A stretch of DNA of 25,504 nucleotides from Octopus sinensis (taxonomy: Eukaryota). The stretch spans positions 1 to 25,504 of the forward strand of contig NW_021836453.1 in NCBI RefSeq assembly GCF_006345805.1, written 5' to 3'. The notes under the pieces are model-generated. The model made no database searches. It saw only the letters and a list, made by a program, of their open reading frames with translations, and was not told the origin of the DNA. The translations under genes and the position numbers were made by a program. Shown here piece after piece: positions 1 through 11,816 of the stretch. Each line of letters begins with the position of its first letter. Position 1 is the first letter of the stretch.

Positions 1-1330
<1,330 letters not shown>

Positions 1331-1520
1331 TAGATATATGTATGTACATGTATAATTATACATACACATAGGCACAGAACCCACACCCACACATATAAGT
1401 ATGTATGCACATACACACATATTTTTGGTTACATATTGAAATGCATGTATGTGCAAAAATGTCTATTTAAACATCCATACATGTTATATATATACAGGTA
1501 TATACTTTACGTCTGCAAGT

Positions 1521-1560
<40 letters not shown>

Positions 1561-1589
1561 TTATAATGCATATTTTATATATACTATAT

Positions 1590-1625
1590 ATGGCCGCAGC
1601 TCTGAGCTGAAACTGAAAAAAAAAA
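1590..1625 (+). mobile_element. 3' tail fragment of a family A-related SINE (variant tail)
   Basis: ATGGCCGCAGCTCTGAGCTGAAACT plus A-run, versus ATGGCCGCAGTCAAATGACTGAAAC at the 3' end of 2814-3212. Confidence 0.5.
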
Positions 1626-1756
1626 TTATAGGACATATTCTCTGTTTTTAGTACATACATACACATATATATATACCCACATATTTATATATATATATAC
1701 ACACAAATACAATAGAAGAAATTAAGGACTGGTGTAGATGCATAAGATCAAAACGT

Positions 1757-1816
1757 AAAGGTGGTGCTCCAGCTTGACCGGAGTGTGATAAATGAAACAA
1801 GTAAAAGAATAAAAGG
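1757..1816 (+). mobile_element. Degraded 3' end of a family A SINE
   Basis: TAAAGGTGGTGCTCCAGCTTGACC...TGAAACAAGTAAAAGAATAAAAG matches 3151-3212. Confidence 0.7.
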
Positions 1817-2369
1817 ATATTTTATACGATATTTTATATATATATTAGAACTTGGTGTGTCTAATTAGGTTCATTATGCTAATAAAAATTAAAATAAACA
1901 CATGTTGTCTTTCAGTACCATTTAGAAAAATATTTTTCACAAAGTAACTATTCAATTGACGGTTCAATGTGTCGATAGAACAGTCAATCGCTTGTCAATT
2001 TACTCCCTCAGAGAGTCCTTACGTCGCCATTGGCGACGTAATTAATGACATGCCCTCACTTTACTTTTATATAAATATATATATATAAATAATATATATA
2101 TATATAGAATATATTATATATAAAAGTAAATATATGTATATATATATGCATATATACATATTACATACTTATGTAAATATATATATAAAATATATACATA
2201 TATATGCATATGTATATATATACACATATATAATTATATACATATATATGTTTTTCGTTTTGGGATTTGGTTTGCAAGATTCTATATTTATATATATATA
2301 TATAGTATATATATATATAGATATATATATTATATATTACATGCATATCCATCTATATCTCTATCTATC

Positions 2370-2411
<42 letters not shown>

Positions 2412-2440
2412 ATATACATATATGTGTAATATATATATGT

Positions 2441-2474
<34 letters not shown>

Positions 2475-2813
2475 ATTTAATTCTAAGTTTTGGAAAGAGA
2501 GTTAACTGCTTACAGTGCAGAGCCATGCAGACGTTTTCACACACATTAGTATATACTCTTTCCTGCACATGCATTCACAGACATACACACTCACATTTTT
2601 GAACAACTTTTCTCTTCAATTTGCATATCCGTTAATAAACACATAAATATACATATATATTCTTTATTAACACACACACACACACACACACACACATACT
2701 CACACACACTCTCACACACACAATGCAATCAGACATACACGCACGTACACATACTATTGCATATGCAAACACTTTAAGATAGACTCACTCCCGCATGTGT
2801 AAATATATATATA

Positions 2814-3212
2814 GTGGCTATGTGGTAAGTAGCTTGCTAACCAACCACATGGTTCCGGGTTCAGTCCCACTGCGTGGCATCTTGGGCAAGTGTCTTCTGC
2901 TATAGCCCCGGGCCGACCAATGCCTTGTGATGATTTGGTAGACCGAAACTGAAAGAAGCCTGTCGTATATATGTATATATATATGTGTGTGTGTTTGTGT
3001 GTCTGTGTTTGTCCCCCTAGCATTGTTTTTGACAACTGATGCTGGTGTGTTTACGTCCCCCGTCACTTAGCGGTTCGGCAAAAAGAGACCGATAGAAACG
3101 TACTGACTGGCTTACACAAAGAATAAGTCCCGGGTGTCGAGTTGCTCGACTAAAGGCGGTGCTCCAGCATGGCCGCAGTCAAATGACTGAAACAAGTAAA
3201 AGAGTAAAAGAG
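2814..3212 (+). mobile_element. tRNA-derived CORE-type SINE (family A), near full length
   Basis: A-box-like TGGCTATGTGG and B-box-like GGGTTCAGTCCC. Central GCATCTTGGGCAAGTGTC resembles the CORE motif ACCTTGGGCAAGT. It has an internal TA/TG tract and a 3' tail GGTGCTCCAGCATGGCCGCAGTCAAATGACTGAAACAA(GTAAAAGA)2. Homologous to 20827 and 23790. Confidence 0.85.
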
Positions 3213-3247
3213 TATATATATATACTTGCACAAAAACTGATATGGAA

Positions 3248-3256
3248 GCGCGCACG

Positions 3257-3306
<50 letters not shown>

Positions 3307-3920
3307 CACACACTACACATGCTCATGCACATACATACTGATGCATACCCAAACACTCTAAGATAGACTCCCCACATATATAAACATGCATATAGACACA
3401 CTTAAGCAAAAACCAATATTCACACATACATACATGCGCACATACACACATGCACACATGCAGATGCGTACATACAGATGCCTACACATTCATACATGCA
3501 CACTTACACACATGCACACATGCAGATATACACACATACACACATGCACACATGCACACATGCACATATACACACATACACACATGCACACATGCACACA
3601 TGCACATATACACACATACACATATACACACATGCACACATGCACATATACGCACATACACATACACACACATGCACACATGCACATATACACACATGCA
3701 CACATGCACATATACACACACATACACATACACACACATGCACACATGCACACATACACACATGCACATATACACATGCATACACACATACACATATACA
3801 CACATGTACACATACACACATGCACACATACACATTCATGCATGCACACATACACACGTACACACATATACACACACACATGCACATACACACATACACA
3901 CACATGCACACATGCACGCG
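3248..3920. repeat. (CA)n tract plus degenerate CACATG/CACATA hexamer array
   Basis: Direct reading. This is the source of the HT/MCV-rich ORFs in all six frames. Confidence 0.95.
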
Positions 3921-4044
3921 TTCATAATCGTTTAATTCCTTATCAAATGCTTAAGAGATTTACTCTTCTCCAAATTAAATTTTGTTTTTTGAATTTTGCT
4001 TCTTTGATTTTTGTATCAAAATATTCCGAGCTTTGAATGTATTA

Positions 4045-4436
4045 AGTCATCACCATCAACATCATGATCAAAATCATCATCATCATCAGCAGCAGCAGCA
4101 GCATCAGCATCATCATCATCGTCATCATCATCTTCATCGTCGTCGTCATCATTCGTCTTCATCATCATCATCATCTTCATCATCATCTTCATCATCATCA
4201 TTATCATCATCATCATCATCATCATCATCGTCGTCGTCCTCGTCATCATCATCAACATCATCATAATCATAATCTTCGTTCTTTTCACTATCACCACTGC
4301 CACTATCACCAACACAGCCACCACTCCCAGAACAACCACGCATCACCGCCACCACTACCACCGCCACCACCATTACCATCATGATCATGATGATGATCAT
4401 CATCATAGTCATCATCACCATCATCATCACCATCAC

Positions 4437-4502
<66 letters not shown>

Positions 4503-4578
4503 CATCATCGCCATCATCATCCGCCTCCTCCTCCTGCTCTTTCTTCTTCTTCTTCTTCTTCTTCTTCTTCTTCTTCTC

Positions 4579-4666
<88 letters not shown>

Positions 4667-4684
4667 CTTATTATTTATTATTTA

Positions 4685-4736
<52 letters not shown>

Positions 4737-4740
4737 CATT

Positions 4741-4772
<32 letters not shown>

Positions 4773-4778
4773 TTATTA
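4045..4778. repeat. Compound trinucleotide array (CAT/CAG/CGT/CAC/CTT/ATT)
   Basis: Direct reading. This is the source of the poly-H/S/I/L/D/M ORFs. Confidence 0.95.
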
Positions 4779-4779
4779 C

Positions 4780-5301
4780 TTGTGTCTTTGACCAGAGCAA
4801 AATGTCGCCATCGCACGTCGCACACACACACACACAGAGAGTCAAAAACCACTCACAAGACCTTCACGAAGGAACACTAATGCTTTAAAAGTCAATGCTC
4901 AAGTTCCTCATTGACCTTCTAGTTTTCTTTCGTACTTCAGACACATGCATTCTGCCCTTTAAAAAACGAAAAAAAAACAAGAAAAAAAATCACTCCCCCC
5001 ACACACACAGAGACACACAGACGTTGCGTTATCGTATTTGACAAATTTCATTTAAAACCATTATTTAATGCATTTAATGAAGCCATCTTTGTTGTCGATA
5101 TATCGTCGTTGTTAAAGTTTTATTTCGTTTTATTTTCTACCAATTAACCTTTAAATATCTTAGAATTTATTTCAAGTAAAAATTAAAAGTTTTGTTAGAA
5201 ATGTGCTTTGTACTTGGAACTCTGTGTGTTCGTGTGTGTGTGTGTCATTTTTTCTTTTTAATATTTAAATTGATTTTGATAAAATATCTTTAAAAAATAA
5301 A
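4780..5301 (-). other. Possible minus-strand exon(s), largely non-coding (UTR or lncRNA)
   Basis: Strong acceptor TTTTTTGTTTTTTTTTTGCTTTTCCCCAG (AG at 5303-5302) and a second acceptor ...TTCGTTTTTTAAAG (4958-4957). Donors GTGAGT (4856) and CAA|GTAATA (4779). No long ORF and no transcript evidence. Confidence 0.2.
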
Positions 5302-5428
5302 CTGGGGAAAAGCAAAAAAAAAACAAAAAAACTTTTACTTTTCAAGTATCATAGAATTAATTTGAAATGAATAATATATAAACAAACCGTGTTCAATATA
5401 TATATATATATATATATATGAACACGGT

Positions 5429-5429
<1 letters not shown>

Positions 5430-5508
<79 letters not shown>

Positions 5509-5539
5509 TATATATATATATATTGTATATACAACTATA

Positions 5540-5604
<65 letters not shown>

Positions 5605-5634
5605 GTATATACAATATAAATGTATATATATATG

Positions 5635-5683
<49 letters not shown>

Positions 5684-5903
5684 ATATATATACATATATA
5701 TATAAGTTATATATATATGGATATATATATAGATACATATATATATATACACACACCACGCCCAATATGTATATACATACACACACACATATATATATTT
5801 ATTGAGTAATATTTCGAGACCTTTGAAAATATTTAAATGTTACAGTTTTTAGATCTGAAAGAAGTCACGTATATGTGTATGTGCATCTATGTGGGGTATG
5901 TCC

Positions 5904-5950
<47 letters not shown>
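5430..5950. repeat. TA-rich field and (TG)n (5908-5950)
   Basis: Direct reading. Confidence 0.95.
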
Positions 5951-5952
<2 letters not shown>

Positions 5953-6233
5953 CAGATGGAAACAATGCACAGTTTAATTAAAATGCTAAACTCCAAAATA
6001 TTTTCCGGGAAAATAATTAAATGCAAAAATTAAAATTAATTATATTTCTACTTCAAAATTTCAAGTTGTTAAAAACTCGAGGCAAAGGAAACATCTTGTC
6101 ATCACTTGGGTGAACATTATTATTGATTCAGGAAATCCTCGGCTGAAGTCAATTCCTCACCGCTGGATCACATCTTATCAACATACTATCACTTTCTCTT
6201 CTCTCTCTCTCTCTCCTCTCTCTCTCATCCCTC

Positions 6234-6280
<47 letters not shown>

Positions 6281-6396
6281 GTCTATCTAATGCATATATG
6301 TCTATATCTGTATATATATAATATATATCTATATATATATATTTATATGTAAATATATATATGTATGTATATATATATATGTATATAGATGTATAG

Positions 6397-6439
<43 letters not shown>

Positions 6440-6573
6440 GTATATAAATATATGTGTATATATATATATTTATTTTACACACATCTGTCTGTCTGCTTCT
6501 CTCCTTCCATATATCCATCTAACTCTCTACCTATATCTATCTATCTATAACTGTGTACATACATACATACATG

Positions 6574-6637
<64 letters not shown>

Positions 6638-6697
6638 AGAGAGAGAAAGAGAAATACGTGACAGAGAGAGAGCGAGAGAGAGGGAGAGAGCGATACC

Positions 6698-6838
6698 TGT
6701 ATCTATTAATGCATGTAAAGTGTTTTAAATGTACGCAAATACTTGAATTGTAAACGTATGTTCGTTAATTTGTAGTAATTTACGTATGTCATTAGGTAAG
6801 TATACTTAATTAAACATCATATATTTGTATGTGTGAGT
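6698..6838 (+). repeat. Diverged direct repeat, copy 1 (~140 bp)
   Basis: Aligns with 8527-8675, including an exact 26-mer GTAAAGTGTTTTAAATGTACGCAAAT. Roughly 85-90% identity by eye. Confidence 0.9.
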
Positions 6839-7105
6839 TCGTCTTAGAAAGAGGAAATACTCGAAATTATTTCTCCAATGTAATAATTAATTTACGTAAT
6901 TTAGTATAATTACTTTAAATGCTTTTAATTTTTAACCGAAAATATCGCCCGGAAAGAGGGAAAATTTAATAACTGTAATGGCGGATGATTTAGCAAAAAT
7001 TAATTTGAACTGTTAGAACTTGGTGTGAATACTTCTGACATTGATTGATGTTCGATGTGGTATATCTGGGTATTCTCCAACGTTTGTTGGTAATTTACAC
7101 AAATA

Positions 7106-7230
7106 GGCACAGGCATGATTGTGTGGTAAGATATAAGGTAAATGTGTGGTAAGATAAAAGGTAAAGATATAAGGTAAATGTGGAGGACGAGGAATAGGGA
7201 AGTTGTGGCTTCTATGCCTAAGCCATGGGT
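7106..7230 (+). mobile_element. Family A SINE head fragment interrupted by a small tandem duplication
   Basis: GGCACAGGCATGATTGTGTGGTAAG resembles the SINE 5' end. It is followed by repeats of GTGTGGTAAGATATAAGGTAAAT and then AAGTTGTGGCTT...CCATGGGTT. Confidence 0.45.
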
Positions 7231-7852
7231 TATTATTAAGTTAGTGTTACAAATATTTTTTTAATTTTTAAGGACAAGAAACAGGGAATTTTATCATAAG
7301 CGATGTGAAATCCTTCAATAACGAATGTGGCTATTCCACTTATAAGAATCTTCTGCCAAATTTCCCTGAAGACACATTCTAAATATAGTCTTAAAGAGAA
7401 TGAAGACCGTATTAGAAAAGGGAGTTCAAGATAGACGAAACCAATAAAAAAGAGTGATGTTTACAGGGAATTCCTTGGTCACGGGTCTACATGGATAATC
7501 CTTACCCAGGGCTAAATAATAACAATAACATGCAAAAACCTTATTGACCCTCGAATATACAAATGAATGTAAATTTGAGACCCGTCCAAATAAAGGTTAA
7601 TATAAGCACATATAGGTAGAAGAGACGACTCTCGTTTACATAGCTGGCCCAAAATATTCAGTGTTGAAACCGGTGGTTTCGCATAATGGGTAAAGCCCCG
7701 CCTTTATAAATGCTTAACCTTGTGTCACACAAGGGCCTGCCTGTGTGTCTGACAGCGTGTCAGTCTATGTGTATCTCAATTTCTTTCTCTATCTACTTCT
7801 CTCTCATTTTCTTTCTTTCTCTTTATATATACATATATATATATATACCACC

Positions 7853-8295
7853 ATTATAGAAAATAGTCTGAAATCCATCTTTATAGAGTATATTCTGTTA
7901 AAATCCATCACTGTAGAGCATATTTTCTGAAAAAATAGTGACTATAAAACAAATTTCGTTAAAATCAACATCTATAGAATATTTTCTGGTAAAATCTACT
8001 ACTATAGACTATACTGCATTAAAATACACCTATTTAAAGTATATTCAGTTAAAATTAACCACTAGGGAGTATACACACCTCTATAAAGTATGGTCTATTA
8101 AAATACACCTTTATAGAGAACAGAGGATATTTGTTAAAATCTACTTCTATAGAGAACATTTTATGAAAACCCATGTATATTGAAGGTAGTCCATTGAAAC
8201 CAAACATTATTGAGTATATTACATTGAAATTCACCTCTATACAGTATATTCTGTTAAAATCTACCACTACAGAGAATATTCTATTAAAATCCAAT
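7853..8295. repeat. Degenerate 30-bp minisatellite, about 15 units, consensus ~TCTATAGAGTATATTCTGTTAAAATCYACC
   Basis: Units parsed by eye: eleven of 30 nt plus 27, 31, 19 and 36 nt (total 443). TATAGA and TTAAAAT anchors recur. Confidence 0.9.
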
Positions 8296-8526
8296 ATTTT
8301 ATTAACGTCTAGCCAAGCGTTATTTAAAAGCACGGTTTGACAATGGTGTTGATAAATAGAGTGGGTTTGACAATAATAATTGTGATGTCTATTTGGGGGC
8401 GTCATATTTGATGTCACGGTTTGACAGTTAAGAAATATACGTATTTATAATTGTGTTTAAAGATACATATAGAGAGATATGTATCATATATATTCGCTCG
8501 TAAATAGTTTTATACATACGTATATT

Positions 8527-8675
8527 TGTATCTATTTATGCATATGTAAAGTGTTTTAAATGTACGCAAATGCTTGAATCGTAAACGTATATTCATGTTC
8601 ATTAGTTTGTAGTAATTTATGCATATCATTAGGTAAATATACTTAATTAGACATCAAATATATGTATGTATGAGT
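8527..8675 (+). repeat. Diverged direct repeat, copy 2
   Basis: Aligns with 6698-6838 with two small insertions. Confidence 0.9.
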
Positions 8676-9043
8676 GTGTGTGTTTATACACACTCGTATC
8701 ATTTTTAACTGTGTAAAGATACGGAATAAAGAAGTGTAGAGTTATTTTAATCTAAGAAGGAAGTCAGACATTTTTGAAAAAAGCCTTTTCTTGTTGCTGT
8801 GCTGGTGGCGGCGGCGGCGGTCGTGGGAATATAAGAACATCTTTGAGGATGTATAACCTAACGTAGATGCAACTTTAGACTGGAATCGAAACCACAACAT
8901 TAATTATCTCACATTGTTACTTCTGGTCTTTGTATATAAGATGATTAATTTCAAAGTCACATGTGTGGCTCTTACTCGCGCTCTGTCTGTGTGTCCCCCG
9001 CTCACTCTCTCTTTCTCTCTCCCTCTCTCTCTATCTCTCCTCT

Positions 9044-9076
<33 letters not shown>

Positions 9077-9245
9077 TTATGTATATATGTGTGAATATGT
9101 TGTACATTACACAATTCTAAACTGAAGGAAACACGACTGTCCGCTTGTCTATCTATTTATCTACCGAGCTAGCTCACTATATATAGACGCACTCACACAC
9201 AAACACACATATACACATGCTCATATGTATATACATATACTCACA

Positions 9246-9280
<35 letters not shown>

Positions 9281-9312
9281 GTATATATATAAAATAGTTT
9301 GAATTGTCCCAG

Positions 9313-9375
9313 GCAGGGTTTGAACTCAGAGCATTAAGGTCTAAAATAAATAGATGCCGCAACTTTAATCATTCC
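9313..9375 (-). mobile_element. Degraded family B-like SINE head fragment
   Basis: Minus strand CTCTGAGTTCAAACCCTGCCTGGGACAATT resembles CTGAGTTCAAATTCTGCCGAGGTCGACTT of family B. Confidence 0.4.
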
Positions 9376-9944
9376 ACAATTTTTTCATGTCAGAATAGAA
9401 AAAAAATACTACAAGTGAGTGGCATCTATTGCTTGTATTAATCAAAAATATATCAGCTGAGTTAGTTTAAAGATATTTGATGCAAATGGCTTCGAAGATA
9501 TCGAACAGCAACAATTACGTTGCTAGAAGACAAACAGAAAGACCGACAGACACAGAGTATTTAAGCTGGTATTGACATGTTTAACGCTGTAACATTAAGC
9601 ACGGGAGACAACTCTGGACATGCTTCTGTCTTACTGTGACCTCATCAGTTCAATATAAATTTGAACGTAACTGGCAACGTAATATTCGAAGAATCATCCA
9701 GGACTTGTACAATAATGTAAAATTGGTCGACAGAAGAATCCGTGATTCTTTCTGACCGTAAATCTTCATTGTTTTCTTTGGAAATGTATTTTATTTCCGT
9801 TAACGTATCGTGAACTGAAGCTTTAGACAGTTTTTCTTTTTGTTTTCAACAAAATGTGATCACGGTTTTAGTAGATACACGAATGCATCGGTAGGTGTCA
9901 GGTCGCTTGTTTACAAAGTCATCATTTACCATCTCTTCTAACAT

Positions 9945-9967
9945 TACAACAACAACAACAACAACAG

Positions 9968-10024
<57 letters not shown>

Positions 10025-10194
10025 TACTACCACCACCACCACCACCACCACCACCACCACCACCAACACCACTGATAATGCCTTCATCGCCGCCATTACT
10101 AACATAAGGAAATGGGGAGGAGTAGCAAGAGCGATAATAAGTGAGAAGGAGAGAAGTAAGAAAGTAAAGAAAGAAAGAAAGTAAGAAAGAAAGT

Positions 10195-10237
<43 letters not shown>

Positions 10238-10245
10238 GAAAAAAA
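9945..10245. repeat. (CAA)(CTA)(CCA) compound array and (AAAG)n tract
   Basis: Direct reading. Confidence 0.95.
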
Positions 10246-10309
10246 GCAGCAGAAAGAAAATGAGTTTTTAAGTTGTTTTTTCATGTGTGACATCTTCGAA
10301 AGAAGCTCG

Positions 10310-10510
10310 ATATCACATATTTGTGCTATAATAGCTCCACCTCGTAATATCCTATTTATCCTATGCATATGTTATAATAGCTTCACCTTTTAATATCACA
10401 TTTATCACGCACGTATATGCCCTAACGGTTTCACCTTACAATAATACCGCGTTTATCACACAATAAATAGTTTCACCTTATTGTAACAAATTTATCGCAC
10501 GTATATAATA
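10310..10510. repeat. Degenerate ~46-bp minisatellite, about 4 units
   Basis: ATAATAGYTTCACCT...AATATCACATTTATC recurs. TTCACC anchors at 10382, 10430 and 10472, with TCCACC in the first unit. Confidence 0.8.
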
Positions 10511-11385
10511 TTTTTTTTATCTTCAAACCTCCCACATTTTGCTTCATGTACGTGCAATAATCATATAGTTATATGACTCTCCGTTTATTACATATTTATG
10601 CTGTAATGGTGGACTCTCCTCTTGCAGACGACAAATGAGAGTTCCGCAGTTTCTTGCTGAGCAATCTTCACGAATGTTTTATTTATAGTGATGAAGTATT
10701 TGTGTTGCACTTTAGCTCACTTGCTCCGTCAAATCGACATTGCTTCTACAGGTATACGGTGTGTGTCACTCGTCAAATGTCAAAGTGATCGCAGAAAAAC
10801 GTGAAAGAAAAAATATGTTCCTTAACTGGTAATAGGGCAAAAAACAAAAAAAAAAAGGCGTTTGGAAACCTGTATAAATTCTGAGTACCACGGCTGGAAT
10901 TTTGGTATTCCGGGTTCGATACTAGTCTGCGAATTTCGTTTTACAAAAGTCAGAACTTTTCAGAAACGTTTCTCTGTAAATGTGATCCCGTTTGACCATC
11001 CCAGAGATTAACTGCGATATCTTTTGATACTCTCCCAGTTAGCTACCTTTACTGTTATTTGATCTTGGGAATACCGGGCACGGAACGCAATTCCGTCTGT
11101 ACGTTTCCATTACTGCAACACGCTGCCCTGTTTGCCGTACTCTTCACTTTGAAATAAGCCATTCTAGACGTATAAAATTTCAGAAGCATATAACTTAAAC
11201 CCTTTCATACCTGTTAATTAATCTAGCAGTAAGCAATAGAATTTCTTTTTCAATTAACAGATGGTGAAATCATTCAACTACTACAACATACTAATACTCA
11301 TCACCACTACCACCACCACCACCACCACTACCAACACCACCACCTCCACCACCATCATCATCATCATCATCATCATCATCATGAA

Positions 11386-11556
11386 GGCGGCGGGCTGGCA
11401 GAATCGTTAGCACGTCGGGCAAAATGCTTAACAGCATTTCGTCCGTCTTTACGTTCTGAGTTCAAATTCTGCCGAGGTCGACTTTGCCTTTTTTGTTTCA
11501 ACTTATGCCCTTCCCTCAAAATTGCTGGCCCTGTGCCAAAATTTGAAACCATTATT
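11386..11556 (+). mobile_element. tRNA-derived SINE (family B), internally deleted copy
   Basis: GGCGGCGGGCTGGCAGAATCGTTAGCAC...CTGAGTTCAAATTCTGCCGAGGTCGACTTTGCCTTT, then directly the 3' tail CCCTCAAAATTGCTGGCCCTGTGCCAAAATTTGAAACCATTATT. It lacks the central block present in the adjacent copy. Confidence 0.8.
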
Positions 11557-11600
11557 GTTGTTGTTGTTGATGTTAGTATTAATATTATTACTATTTGGCT

Positions 11601-11816
11601 AAAGTGGCGAACTGGCAGAATCGTTAGCACATCGGGCGAAATGCTTAGCAGTATTTCGTCTGCCGTTAGGTTTTTGAGTTCGAATTCCGCCGAGGTCGAC
11701 TTTGCCTTTCATCCTTTCGGGGTCGATAAATTAAGTACCAGTTGCGTACTGGAGTCGATCTAATCGACTGGCACCCTCCCGCCAAAATTTCGGGCCTTGT
11801 GCCTAGAGTAGAAAAG
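11601..11816 (+). mobile_element. Family B SINE, full length, flanked by an 18-bp direct repeat (TSD)
   Basis: CTGGCAGAATCGTTAGCAC head, B-box GAGTTCGAATTCC, core GAGGTCGACTTTGCCTTTCATCCTTTCGGGGTCGATAAATTAAGTACCAG. AATATTATTACTATTTGG occurs at 11581-11598 and 11817-11834. Confidence 0.88.

Noticed and set aside
1845-7027. Exact 15-mer TTAGAACTTGGTGTG at 1845-1859 and 7013-7027
   Set aside because: The flanks do not align, and one such match in AT-rich DNA of this length is compatible with chance.
9617-9648. Second hammerhead-like string on the minus strand (CUGAUGA GGUC..GAC A GAAG CAU GUC)
   Set aside because: GAAG replaces GAAA, the stem II closing pair is G.A, and no stem I can form with the flanks.
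10310-10510. CRISPR-like array (also considered for 396-447 and 7853-8295)
   Set aside because: Repeats are degenerate or too short, the intervening sequences are related to each other, the context is eukaryotic and there are no cas genes.
10628-10750. Plus-strand internal coding exon (CTCTTGCAG ... CAG|GTATAC)
   Set aside because: Stops occur in all three frames, and there is no other support.
10880-11180. Protein-like fragments on both strands of CpG-containing unique DNA
   Set aside because: All frames close within ~50 codons, and no family was recognised.
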